Below, in pieces: positions 1 through 9,901 of a stretch of 64,000 bases of DNA (the stretch's first letter is position 1; the number at the start of each line of letters is the position of its first letter). The DNA is taken from assembly GCA_964593375.1 (NCBI GenBank), contig CAZQIF010000001.1:6405-70404 (forward strand), written 5' to 3'. Under the pieces are notes generated by a model. That model made no database searches, was not told the DNA's origin, and worked only from the letters and a program-made list of their open reading frames with translations. Origin of the DNA: an uncultured Candidatus Saccharibacteria bacterium. GTDB lineage: Bacteria; Patescibacteriota; Minisyncoccia; Phycocordibacterales; UBA918. The position numbers and the translations under genes were made by a program.

Positions 1-2
1 TC

Positions 3-635
<633 letters not shown>

Positions 636-637
636 TT

Positions 638-889
638 ATGGCAGAGCAAGCAACATTTACCCTCACCATAACAAACGTTGATTCACCACTTTTTGATGGT
701 GCAGTTGTTTCGATTACGGTACCCGCGAGTGAAGGCGAGATGACGATACTTGCACACCACGAACCAACCGTTACGCTTCTTAAAAATGGTACCGTCACTG
801 TCCGCGTAAATGATACTGATCATAGAACATTCGATGTAGTAAACGGCGTACTTGAAGTAAGTAATAACCACGCAATAGTGCTACTATAA
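638..889 (+). CDS. atpC: F0F1 ATP synthase subunit epsilon (short, N-terminal beta-sandwich domain only)
   Basis: 83-aa ORF immediately after atpD with an epsilon-like N-terminus (MAEQATFTLTITNVDSPLFDGAVVSITVPASEGEMTILAHHEP). A hairpin follows. Confidence 0.85.
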   Translation: MAEQATFTLTITNVDSPLFDGAVVSITVPASEGEMTILAHHEPTVTLLKNGTVTVRVNDTDHRTFDVVNGVLEVSNNHAIVLL

Positions 890-892
890 AAA

Positions 893-921
893 AAGCGCCG
901 CATGTTTCTAACCGCGGCGCT
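893..921. terminator. GC hairpin (GCGCCGC...GCGGCGC) after atpC, flanked by an A-tract upstream and T-rich sequence on the opposite strand; possibly a bidirectional terminator
   Basis: Inverted repeat 894-901 / 914-920 seen in the sequence. Confidence 0.5.
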
Positions 922-1035
922 TGTAGGGTTAATTCCCACCAGGGAGAGAGGTGAGATGACCCAGACAGGAATCTATATAATAGCACGAATTCTTAAATAA
1001 GCAAGTCATTAATTAATGTAATAAATACTAACTAT

Positions 1036-1329
1036 ATGTTCGGAAAAGCAAAAAATTTCATGATGAAGAAGCTACTTGAGCGCCAGCTCAAGAACGCTCC
1101 ACCAGAACAGCGCGAAATGATATTGACTATGTTGGACAAGAACCCAGCGCTTTTTGAAAAAATTGCACTCGAAATGCAAGCTGAAATGAAGGGTGGAAAA
1201 GACCAAATGGCTGCCGCTATGAGAGTACTGCCAAAGTATCAATCAGAACTACAAGCAGCGCTTGGAGACAAAATGCCGACGAAGGGAAGTGGTGCCCAGT
1301 TCAACCCAAATGGTTCAATTCACAGATAG
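1036..1329 (+). CDS. hypothetical protein (97 aa, Lys/Glu-rich, helical)
   Basis: Clean ORF of typical composition. No recognisable family. Confidence 0.55.
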   Translation: MFGKAKNFMMKKLLERQLKNAPPEQREMILTMLDKNPALFEKIALEMQAEMKGGKDQMAAAMRVLPKYQSELQAALGDKMPTKGSGAQFNPNGSIHR

Positions 1330-1339
1330 GGGTTACTTA

Positions 1340-1600
1340 AATTTTTAATTTAAGTCTCTGTAAATTGAAAGTCGGACTGAGAGCTTTGCTCGAAGGAGAC
1401 CGGTGAGGAAGTTCTTAGCGAGTGAAGCGAGCTTAGAAACTTGACCCCGATTCATCGATAGGGCACAAAGCATCAGCACCAACACGAAAGTGTTAGTGCT
1501 GTTATGATTTTGTAGTCCTAAGATGGACTCCAAGGCGGAGCCGGGGCCCCTTTGGGCCGGCGAGCCAGGATAGCTAAAACAATATGGAATATTGTTTTAG
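1340..1600 (+). ncRNA. candidate structured ncRNA with weak RNase P RNA-like motifs (GAAAGUCGGACU, GAUAGGGCACAAAG, GAAAC..ACCCCG); the assignment is not verified
   Basis: This stretch of about 260 nt is noticeably GC-rich, has no credible ORF, and contains several GC stems (for example GCCGGGGCCC..GGGCCGGC at about 1527-1552). It is followed by an AT hairpin (1576-1598) and a strong terminator at 1682-1706. Confidence 0.3.
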
Positions 1601-1681
1601 GCTTAGTATTTTGAATGTATGAAAAATACTTAGTGAATTGCGTCGATTCATCGTTAGACCAGAAAATATATATAAATGAAA

Positions 1682-1706
1682 CCCGCGATTGCTCGCGGGT
1701 TTTTTC
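1682..1706. terminator. intrinsic terminator hairpin CCCGCGA-ttgc-TCGCGGG followed by a T6 run (+), with an A-rich tract on the other side (serves minus gene 1720..2151 as well)
   Basis: Perfect 7-bp GC stem plus TTTTTT seen in the sequence. Confidence 0.65.
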
Positions 1707-1719
1707 GAATACTCAGCGT

Positions 1720-2151
1720 CTACGCGCTGTAGTACATCGAGCTTGGCCTGAATTTTCTATTCTGAATATCAACAGAGCCGAGCCTAAGGACACGAATGTC
1801 CATCGTTCCATTTTCATCAGTGACTGTCTCGAAAACTTCGTATTTCTGGCCAGTTTGCTGAAACTTGCTACGTGCGTGATCGATAAGTGTGCGGACATCA
1901 GTCACAACACAATCATCGATTATCACTTGGACTTCTTTCTTGTCTACAAGCAAGTATCCTTTGCATCCGGATTTGTACGGTACATGTTCTTTGTCGCTCG
2001 CAAATGCACTTCCGAAACACATCGTAATCTCCCGAAACGTTTGAAGCCAGCTCTCCCGTAGATCTGGCAGAACAAGCATATTCCTCAATTTGTCCAATGT
2101 CAATCGTATCGATGTCTGTCTATGTGAATATTGTTGGAATGTTTTTAACAT
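1720..2151 (-). CDS. hypothetical protein (143 aa)
   Basis: Minus-strand ORF that ends right at the bidirectional terminator. The overlapping plus ORF 1615..2061 is antisense and runs through the terminator, so the minus frame is preferred. Confidence 0.5.
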   Translation of the reverse strand: MLKTFQQYSHRQTSIRLTLDKLRNMLVLPDLRESWLQTFREITMCFGSAFASDKEHVPYKSGCKGYLLVDKKEVQVIIDDCVVTDVRTLIDHARSKFQQTGQKYEVFETVTDENGTMDIRVLRLGSVDIQNRKFRPSSMYYSA

Positions 2152-2203
2152 ATCAAAAACTAGTTACATGACACATATGATAATATCTAGGTAACAATAA
2201 CTT

Positions 2204-2779
2204 ATGAAAAAAATTCTCGTTGTACTTGGACATCCGAATACTGACACCTATTCTGGGAGACTTGCAACTGCATATGAATTATCTGCACGTAATGCTGGAA
2301 ATGAGGTTGAACGTATTAATATTGCTGACCTTCATTTCGACCCAAACTTACACATGGGGTATAAGGTAATTCAAGAACTTGAACCAGACCTCAAGATGGT
2401 ACAGGAAAAAATATTGTGGGCAGATCATATCGTGTTCGTGTATCCAAATTGGTGGTGTACGATGCCTGCACTCATGAAGGGAATGTTTGACCGCATGTGG
2501 CTCCCCGGATTTGCATTTAATTTTGATAAAGAAACTAAAAAGCTCGTACAGCGATTAAAAGGGAAAACAGCTCGCGTCATTATCGTTGCGGGAACACACA
2601 GCCCATTTAAAACGTGGTGGAAGTTTGGTGATTTCACCAATGAAATTGCGCACGGCATTCTTGGATTTTCAGGTATCAAGGCACGTGTGTGCGCGTTTGG
2701 ACCAACAGAGCGTGTTCTTCCTAAAAAGCTCGACGAGTGGGCCATTAAAGTTGAAAAACTTGGAGCAAAAGCTCTCTAA
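2204..2779 (+). CDS. NAD(P)H dehydrogenase (quinone) family protein, flavodoxin-like fold (MdaB/KefF/general stress protein 14-like)
   Basis: The N-terminus MKKILVVLGHPNTDTYSGRL and the motifs ...ADHIVFVYPNWWCTMPALMKGMFDRMW...GKTARVIIVAGTHSP are typical of the Flavodoxin_2 / NQO-like family. Confidence 0.8.
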   Translation: MKKILVVLGHPNTDTYSGRLATAYELSARNAGNEVERINIADLHFDPNLHMGYKVIQELEPDLKMVQEKILWADHIVFVYPNWWCTMPALMKGMFDRMWLPGFAFNFDKETKKLVQRLKGKTARVIIVAGTHSPFKTWWKFGDFTNEIAHGILGFSGIKARVCAFGPTERVLPKKLDEWAIKVEKLGAKAL

Positions 2780-2840
2780 ACTCAGAAACTCAATAACAAA
2801 AGAATCACTCATTCGCGAGTGGTTCTTTTGTTGATTTTGG

Positions 2841-5800
2841 TTACGAAGGCAACTTCTTATCGAGAAGTCTCTTTTCATTCCTATAGAACAGTGTTGGTAC
2901 GAGTACGAGTGTAAGAATCATCGCGAACGAAAGTCCGAACATGATTGCAAATGCGAGTGGACTCCAAAAGTCAGAGATAGTCGAAAGTGGAATCATACCA
3001 ACAACCGTTGTAATGGTCGTAAGGAATATTGGACGAAGTCTTGATACGGACGCATCAGCAACAACCTCCATGAGTGAATCACTTGGCACCATTCTTTCTC
3101 GATAATGAATCATTGAATCAAGAAGAATAATAGCGTGATTGATGATAACTCCTGCGAGTGCAATAACACCGAGAAGTGAGGTGAAGGAAAGTGCTTGACC
3201 GGTCAGAGCAAGCCCCGCAAACACACCAATGAGTGAGAGTGGAACTGCGAGGAGTAGATATATCGAGTAACGAATCGAGTTAAAAGAGAGCACCAAGATA
3301 GCAAGCATGAGGAGAAGGCCGGCGACAAACGCAAGACCCATCTCTGTAAATGACTTGTTAATGTCTTCTGCTTCACCGCCATATGAGATTCTCACTGTAG
3401 GTGGAAGCGCAAGCTCAGTAGCGCGATTTTTGAATTCAGCAACAATTTCAGCTGCAGTGACACCACTCTGTGTGTAAGCGGTTACAGTTTCAATGCGCTC
3501 CTCATCTTCATGAGCAATATTTGCATTTGCAGGTGCAAGTCGCTCTTTTACAACCGAGCCAAGGAGTACAGACTTTCCGGTTACCGAGGTAATCGACAAA
3601 TTTCTGAGTGTATCAAGGGTAACCGTTGGTGAAGCAGAAAAGTCAGTTTCATTTGGATCAAGTTCAAGCTTTACAACGATATCGGTATCTTCACCGTTTT
3701 GTGTAAAGGTTGTCGCCGTTACCCCAAACACTGCTGAACGGAGCACTTCACCAACCGCTGCGGGTGAAATTCCTGCAGCGCTTGCCTTACTCCTATCAAC
3801 CTCAAGAATAAGTTCAGTTGCATTATTTGAAGTACTGAGTGTGACGTCACGTGTACCGTTAATCGATGCTAGAATCGCTCCAGCTTTTTCAACAACAAGC
3901 GCAAGCTCATTTAGGTCAGAACCGATGAACTTAAGCGTAACCGGTGCACCGGTAGGTGGACCATTTTGCTGTTCGATTACTTTGACATCAACATTTGGAA
4001 GAATTCTGAGTGAATCCCTCAGGTCAGTTGCAATTTCATCACTCGATTCAACACGGTCAGGATTTAATGTGAGCGTTATATTTGCTTGTTTTGCTCCACT
4101 CTTACCTTCACCGGTAAATGCTGAGCCAGCTCCTGCGGTTGAGGTAAACGATTCAACATATCCTTTGTCGTAGAGAAACTCTTCAGCGGTGCGAAGAGCG
4201 AGGTCAGTTTGACCGAGCGTTGTTCCTTGTCGTGTCTCAAGTTCGACGAAAACATAGTCAACGTTTTCTGGTGGGAAGAAAATCACCTTAAGAAGACCAC
4301 TTATTGGAAGTACGAAGACGAGAAGAAAACTGAGTCCAAGTGTCCACATAAATATTTTCTGAGCTCGTGCATTGTGTAGGAAGCTAATGAGTTTAGCGCG
4401 ATACCATGCCTGAGCGCGTTTGGTATATTCATCTTGTTTTGCTTCAAATTTGTTTGAGTGGGAGTGTTTGGTGAGGTATACCGCAATGAGAGGCACCATA
4501 CCGAGGGCCACCACAATTGAGGCGATGAGCACAAATATGATAGTGAACGGAATAGACTTAATGAATTCACCAACAATACCTGAGAGGAAAAAAAGTGGCG
4601 CAAACACTGCAACGGTTGTCATTGTTCCTCCAATGAGTGGCCATGCGTATTCACGAATAGCAGCCTTTGCAGCCTCGTCTGCATTTCCATACTTCTGCAT
4701 GCGCGTATGAATCGCCTCAGTAATCACGATACCGGAATCAACGAGAATACCCACTGCAAGAATGAGTGAGAAAAGTGAAATGAAGTTAATGGTGTTGCCC
4801 GAAGCGTAGAGACCAATAAAGGCTATCACAAACGAAAGAGGAATTGAGAGCGCAGCAACAAGGGATTCTCTCCAACCAATCGTGAAGAGGAGACAAATGA
4901 CAACCAAAAGAACCGTTTCAAAACCAGACTTCACAAGTTCAGAAAGATCTTTCTTAACATTTTCACCTTGGTCATATACGACAAGCACCTGAGAAGAAGC
5001 GAGAAGACCACCATCATTTTTCATTGCCTCCATTTTGTCGAGTACCGCGCTCGACATTTCCGTAACATCAACACCGGCTCGTTTGAATATTGAAAGCGTG
5101 AACGCAGACTCAGCAAGTTCTCCGTCGACTGAAACACGAGAAATACTTGTCTCACGTTCAACACCATTCGTAACGGTCGCAACATCGCGTACGTAGACGG
5201 GCACGCTATTCATCATGCTTACTGGAATACTTTCAATTTCAGAAATTTCAGTAATTTTGCCCTCATACCGTACTGCATACTCAATATCGTCGGTGACTAC
5301 AGTACCAACGGGCAACGTAAGATTGGCGAGACCAAGTGCACGGCTTACATCACTGAGTGTGAGGCCATACGAGGTGAGTGCCGACTCCTTCACAATCACT
5401 TGTACTTGGTGAGGCCGTGTTCCTTCGATAAGGACATCAGATACACCTCGCACATTCTTAAACTCATCAGAAAGTGTTTCTGCAAGTTCGGTAAATTCAA
5501 GTGCAGGCAGGTCTGATGAAACAGAGAGCACAATAATGGGTTGATTTGCAAAATCTACTTTACTCACCATAGGGTCACGTGCATCAGCAGGAAGTTCGCC
5601 CTTTGCATTATCGACAGCATCCTTAAGGTTTTGAATAGATTTATCAATATCGGCATTTGCATCAAAGTTCACCACAATCACCGAAGCACCGTCACGTGAA
5701 GTTGAAGTCAGTGAATCAAGGTCATCAACATTTCCAATCTCTCGCTCTAACTTATTCGTAATAAGTTCCTCGATATCGAGTGCTGAGGCGCCAGGAAAAA

Positions 5801-5951
5801 TGGTCGAAACAATACCAATTGGTACGATTACTTCCGGCGCTGATTCTTTTGGAATAGCAAAAAGCGAGTAGGTACCAATACCAACAAGCGTCACCATGAG
5901 AAGCAGACTAAATTCTCGTTTACGGAGAAAGAAAAACCAAAGTGCATGCAT
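2841..5951 (-). CDS. efflux RND transporter permease subunit (AcrB/HAE family, 1036 aa)
   Basis: Twelve-TM architecture with two large periplasmic loops and conserved RND TM4 / C-terminal regions (..SGIVITEAIHTRM.., ..LAVPLSLIGVFAGLALTG..). It is translationally coupled to the upstream adaptor gene (1-bp gap). Confidence 0.9.
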   Translation of the reverse strand: MHALWFFFLRKREFSLLLMVTLVGIGTYSLFAIPKESAPEVIVPIGIVSTIFPGASALDIEELITNKLEREIGNVDDLDSLTSTSRDGASVIVVNFDANADIDKSIQNLKDAVDNAKGELPADARDPMVSKVDFANQPIIVLSVSSDLPALEFTELAETLSDEFKNVRGVSDVLIEGTRPHQVQVIVKESALTSYGLTLSDVSRALGLANLTLPVGTVVTDDIEYAVRYEGKITEISEIESIPVSMMNSVPVYVRDVATVTNGVERETSISRVSVDGELAESAFTLSIFKRAGVDVTEMSSAVLDKMEAMKNDGGLLASSQVLVVYDQGENVKKDLSELVKSGFETVLLVVICLLFTIGWRESLVAALSIPLSFVIAFIGLYASGNTINFISLFSLILAVGILVDSGIVITEAIHTRMQKYGNADEAAKAAIREYAWPLIGGTMTTVAVFAPLFFLSGIVGEFIKSIPFTIIFVLIASIVVALGMVPLIAVYLTKHSHSNKFEAKQDEYTKRAQAWYRAKLISFLHNARAQKIFMWTLGLSFLLVFVLPISGLLKVIFFPPENVDYVFVELETRQGTTLGQTDLALRTAEEFLYDKGYVESFTSTAGAGSAFTGEGKSGAKQANITLTLNPDRVESSDEIATDLRDSLRILPNVDVKVIEQQNGPPTGAPVTLKFIGSDLNELALVVEKAGAILASINGTRDVTLSTSNNATELILEVDRSKASAAGISPAAVGEVLRSAVFGVTATTFTQNGEDTDIVVKLELDPNETDFSASPTVTLDTLRNLSITSVTGKSVLLGSVVKERLAPANANIAHEDEERIETVTAYTQSGVTAAEIVAEFKNRATELALPPTVRISYGGEAEDINKSFTEMGLAFVAGLLLMLAILVLSFNSIRYSIYLLLAVPLSLIGVFAGLALTGQALSFTSLLGVIALAGVIINHAIILLDSMIHYRERMVPSDSLMEVVADASVSRLRPIFLTTITTVVGMIPLSTISDFWSPLAFAIMFGLSFAMILTLVLVPTLFYRNEKRLLDKKLPS

Positions 5952-5952
5952 A

Positions 5953-7458
5953 TTAGTTTTGTGTTACTGATACTTTGTCACCTTCCTTGAGTCCGCGGGC
6001 ATCGGTAATGATTCGACTGTCTGAAGTCAGTCCGTCGGTAATAAGTACTGAATCACCAGTGATGCTTCCCAGTGTAACGGGGTATGCAACAAGCGTTCCA
6101 TCGTCGCTTACACCAAAGGCAACAGACACTGAAGCAAGAAGCTTCAGTGCTTTAAGTGGTACGACAATAGTAGCATCTCCAGTAGCTTCCTTCGTAGGTG
6201 CAAATACAACCGAAACAGTGCTCCCGTTCTTAAGTGTCAGTGATTCATCAACACTTATTTTTACCTCACTCTTTCCTGTAAGAGGATCAATTGCAGGTGC
6301 AATTTGAGAAATGGTTCCCGTAGCGGAGTTGTTTATGAATACAGTGTCTCCAATATGCACACGTGCAAGGTCCTTTTCGCCGAGCGCGGTACTAACCTCA
6401 AGTGCACCATTGTTTGCAACAATGGCTGCAGGCTGTCCGGGGTTTATATACTCTCCTGTTGTTACGTAAAGGGCATTTACCACACCACCGATAGGAGTGC
6501 GTACGAGTGTTTTCTCGTAGGTAACTTGTGCACCGCGGAGTGTACCAAGTGCACCTTTGAGAAGTGCACTTGATTGTGACACGGTATCAGATGAAGATGA
6601 GAGTACAGCCTGATCGTATCTGAGTCTTGCTCCAGAAATAGAAGCAAGTGCTCCATCGAGTGATGCACGTGCTCCAGCTAGCCGAGACTGATATTCTTCA
6701 ACTTCTGATTCTGAAAATTGTTCAGTAGATTTCTTATCTGTTAGAGCAAGAGCAAAAGCTGCTGTTAGATTACCTACATCAGTCACAACAAGTTCAGCAT
6801 AAGCAAGCATTTCTGATTCACTTATCTGTATAGAATTGTCGAGAATATCTTCAGACCAATTATCTAACTTAATCTCAATATCCTCACGCTTGCTATTAAA
6901 CTCAGGGGCTTTTCCTGTCCCTCCAAGTTTAAAATATACAACTGTCTCTGTAGGTCTCGAATAGAATTCATCGATTAAATTCCTTACTACATTCTCTACT
7001 GTCGAAAAAGTATCTTTGTAGGTGTTGCGCACACCTACTTTGGCTTCATCAAGACTTGAACCACTCTGGAGAGAGCTCGCAAGAGCAGATTCGTACGCTG
7101 CTTCAGCTTGGAGAAGCTGTGCACGTTCGCGAGCATTATCAATCGAAGCAAGTACGGTACCCGCACTAACTCTATCTCCAATTTTCACGTTCACCGAAGT
7201 GATTCTACCACCCGCTTCAGCTTGGAGTGTTGCTTCAGAGATGGCTCGTACGGTTCCTACGACAGAGAAGCCCCCACTTGAGCTGAATGATGAAACACTT
7301 TGTAGTGTCACCATAGGAAGTATCTCGGCGGTCTCACTCTGATTTTCATCAGAACCACTGAGTACAAAGTACAGTGCTACAACTACGAGTAAAACGAGTA
7401 CAGAAAGTACTCCGATGACAACACGTTTCCCATACCAACTATAAAGACGGTTTAACAT
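5953..7458 (-). CDS. efflux RND transporter periplasmic adaptor (HlyD/membrane fusion protein family)
   Basis: N-terminal TM anchor, then long coiled-coil segments and a beta-barrel / lipoyl-like C-terminal domain (..GDRVSAGTVLASID.. / ..HIGDTVFINNSATG..). It sits immediately upstream of the RND permease on the same strand. Confidence 0.85.
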   Translation of the reverse strand: MLNRLYSWYGKRVVIGVLSVLVLLVVVALYFVLSGSDENQSETAEILPMVTLQSVSSFSSSGGFSVVGTVRAISEATLQAEAGGRITSVNVKIGDRVSAGTVLASIDNARERAQLLQAEAAYESALASSLQSGSSLDEAKVGVRNTYKDTFSTVENVVRNLIDEFYSRPTETVVYFKLGGTGKAPEFNSKREDIEIKLDNWSEDILDNSIQISESEMLAYAELVVTDVGNLTAAFALALTDKKSTEQFSESEVEEYQSRLAGARASLDGALASISGARLRYDQAVLSSSSDTVSQSSALLKGALGTLRGAQVTYEKTLVRTPIGGVVNALYVTTGEYINPGQPAAIVANNGALEVSTALGEKDLARVHIGDTVFINNSATGTISQIAPAIDPLTGKSEVKISVDESLTLKNGSTVSVVFAPTKEATGDATIVVPLKALKLLASVSVAFGVSDDGTLVAYPVTLGSITGDSVLITDGLTSDSRIITDARGLKEGDKVSVTQN

Positions 7459-7767
7459 AATACCTGCGCAAATTAAGCTATTTAGAACTAAGACAGCTAC
7501 AATACAACATAATACACACTTTGTCTATATCGAGGAGGTCACAGCAGTACAAATTATACGGCTTCATAAATATGTAAATCTTCAACATCACTTGGGGCTT
7601 GGATTGTGATGAATTCGAGTATATAAGTGTAAACAATTTCAACAGCTTTCAAATTATATAAACCGCTGTCATTTAAGGATTATAGCGGGTCATCATACAC
7701 CACCACATCTGATGCGCCGTGAAAGAAACTACCATAATATGCGTAGTAGTAATAGAATACTCTTTGA

Positions 7768-8346
7768 ATGGACGGAGCAACAGAACAAACCGATGAACAA
7801 CTTGTCGCGCTGTCATTAAAAGACAAGGAGGCTTTTGGACTACTCATCAATCGATATGATGCACCACTTTCAAGATATATCAGGCGACTAGGAGCTCATG
7901 ACGATGAAGATATACTCGACATTCTCCAAGAGACCTTTATTAAGGTGTACAGAAATCTCAATGAGTTTGATACCTCGCTTAAGTTCTCATCATGGATTTA
8001 CCGTATTGCACACAACGAAGCTATTAGTTGGTTTCGTAAAAAGCATGTTCGACCCGAAGGACATTTGGTCCACGATAGTGAGGCAGTTATCGAACTTTCG
8101 CACAGTGAAGAGTGGGGAAGTGAATATCACTTTGATACATCACTCAGTGCTGATGTTCTCAATACTGCAATTGAACAATTGAGCGACAAATATCGCGAGG
8201 TAGTCATTCTTCGTTTTTTTGAGCATAAAGAATATGATGAAATTTCTGACATTCTTAAAATACCAATTGGTTCCGTTGGCACACTTGTACATCGAGCAAA
8301 AAAAGAAATTAAGAAGAACATCGACCGAGAAAAAATTCATATATGA
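7768..8346 (+). CDS. RNA polymerase sigma factor, ECF (sigma-70 family group 4)
   Basis: Region 2 (FGLLINRYDAPLSRYIRRL...FIKVYRNLNEFDTSLKFSSWIYRIAHNEAISWFRK) and region 4 (YREVVILRFFEHKEYDEISDILKIPIGSVGTLVHRAKKEI) are present. Confidence 0.9.
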   Translation: MDGATEQTDEQLVALSLKDKEAFGLLINRYDAPLSRYIRRLGAHDDEDILDILQETFIKVYRNLNEFDTSLKFSSWIYRIAHNEAISWFRKKHVRPEGHLVHDSEAVIELSHSEEWGSEYHFDTSLSADVLNTAIEQLSDKYREVVILRFFEHKEYDEISDILKIPIGSVGTLVHRAKKEIKKNIDREKIHI

Positions 8347-9251
8347 ATACGATTACATCACCACAGAATAATGACACGCTCAAAAAAGAAGTACTTGAGC
8401 GAATTGTACGTGAGGAAATTACGCCGGTTTCTAAGACACTCTTTGCGCTTAAAAATATTCTATTCTGGACACTGTGGATATTAACGATGCTTCTTGGAGC
8501 ACTCGCCGTTGCGGTGCTCATTTTTACCGAACTCAATATTGGGTGGGAGTTCTATGAGATGACACACAAGAACGCACTTACGTTTTTTGCACATTCACTG
8601 CCGTATCTTTGGATACTCCTTTTGGGGGCGGTGGTAATTCTTGGCATCTACAACCTTCGACATACAAAAACAGGATATCGCTACTCACTAGTTGTCGTAG
8701 TGCTTGTGGGTGTCTGTGGAAGTGTTCTCGGAGGAGTAGTCCTTCATAGCTACGGAATGGGTAAAGTACTCGATGAGGGATTTGGAAAATTTATGCCCAT
8801 GTATGTACCGGTGCGAAGTGAACGAGAAGGTTTTTGGAGACAGCCTGAACGAGGACTATACACCGGCACGATAACAGCGCTCGACAATGAGCAGATGGTT
8901 ATGACACTTGTTTCAACTGATGGGATTACCCATGTCCTTAGTACAGCATATGTACCTCAAACTCAGCTTTCAGAAATTGAAGTAAACACTCGCGTACGAA
9001 TCATGGCAACATCGAGTGATGAAGATGAGAGCATCTTTGTGTGCCGAATTCATGAATGGGAGGATGACGAGGCGCTGACATTTGGTGATATGCATGAACG
9101 TAGACAGATGTTTCGAGATGTATTTGAGAACATTGAAGAGCGAATTGAAGGAGAAGTACCAGAGGTCACTCCTTGTACACCACTTAAACAGGGCGGGGGT
9201 ATGAAAATGAACCGCCCACCTATGCCTGTACTTCCACCTGAAATAAATTAA
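8343..9251 (+). CDS. putative anti-sigma factor / membrane protein, co-translated with the ECF sigma
   Basis: Start overlaps the sigma-factor stop (ATGA, 4-bp overlap). Several TM helices after a cytoplasmic N-terminus. The assignment rests on position in the operon. Confidence 0.55.
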   Translation: MNTITSPQNNDTLKKEVLERIVREEITPVSKTLFALKNILFWTLWILTMLLGALAVAVLIFTELNIGWEFYEMTHKNALTFFAHSLPYLWILLLGAVVILGIYNLRHTKTGYRYSLVVVVLVGVCGSVLGGVVLHSYGMGKVLDEGFGKFMPMYVPVRSEREGFWRQPERGLYTGTITALDNEQMVMTLVSTDGITHVLSTAYVPQTQLSEIEVNTRVRIMATSSDEDESIFVCRIHEWEDDEALTFGDMHERRQMFRDVFENIEERIEGEVPEVTPCTPLKQGGGMKMNRPPMPVLPPEIN

Positions 9252-9312
9252 ATGTTCATGCGTAGTAATAGATGCAGGAGAATGAGCTCCTGCATTCATT
9301 CTTTAAATTACT

Positions 9313-9825
9313 ATGACAACATTTACACAAGATCAAAAACTCGCATTACTCGTAGTTCCCGTGCTCCTTTTTGGGATTCTTGGTAGTAGTTACGCACTTG
9401 CATATGAAACAGACCTTACCGATGAGCAAAAGGAAGCAGTAATTGAAGCTCATGAACTTCGTCAGGCTGGAGATTTCGAGAGTGCACGAAGTATTTTAGA
9501 GAAAGCGGGAGTCAAAGATAGAGTTCTCGGTAATGGCATGGGTAGAAACGGAGTCATGCACGAAAAGCGGGAAGCAATTCGAGAAGCTGTTGAAGCAAAT
9601 GACTATGATGCATATGTAGAGGCAACTAAGGATACGCTCTTTGCAGAAACGGTTACAAAAGATATGTTCAGTACAATAGTTAAAGCACACGAGCTTCGTG
9701 AAGATGGAAAGTTTGCAGAAGCAGAAGCATTACTCGATAAAGCAGGTATTGAACGCCCAGGTCACATGATGGGTGGACGAACTGGTGGCGGTATGGGGAT
9801 GCATCGTGGCATGGGACAAAATTAG
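9313..9825 (+). CDS. hypothetical secreted/anchored protein with an internal duplication (EAHELRQAGDFESARSILEKAGV / KAHELREDGKFAEAEALLDKAGI) and a Gly/Met-rich C-terminus
   Basis: ORF with an N-terminal hydrophobic segment. The repeat is seen directly in the translation. Third gene of the sigma operon, followed by a terminator. Confidence 0.6.
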   Translation: MTTFTQDQKLALLVVPVLLFGILGSSYALAYETDLTDEQKEAVIEAHELRQAGDFESARSILEKAGVKDRVLGNGMGRNGVMHEKREAIREAVEANDYDAYVEATKDTLFAETVTKDMFSTIVKAHELREDGKFAEAEALLDKAGIERPGHMMGGRTGGGMGMHRGMGQN

Positions 9826-9855
9826 TCTTTCAAGACCAGATTGATACAGAATTCA

Positions 9856-9884
9856 AACCGGCGCGCCAAAGTGCGCCGGTTTTG
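9856..9884 (+). terminator. intrinsic terminator (CCGGCGC-gccaaagt-GCGCCGG followed by TTTTG)
   Basis: Seen in the sequence. Confidence 0.65.
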
Positions 9885-9901
9885 TGTAGTATGATATACA
9901 A

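Noticed and set aside
1345-1533. 62-aa minus-strand ORF inside the GC-rich non-coding stretch
   Set aside because: No start context, low-complexity translation, and it lies within a candidate structured RNA.
1615-2061. 148-aa plus-strand ORF
   Set aside because: It reads through the strong terminator at 1682-1706 and is antisense to the better-supported minus ORF 1720..2151.
3841-7342. Several 60-110-aa ORFs antisense or out-of-frame within the RND permease and adaptor genes
   Set aside because: They are embedded in long conserved genes on the opposite strand or frame. This is typical shadow-ORF behaviour.
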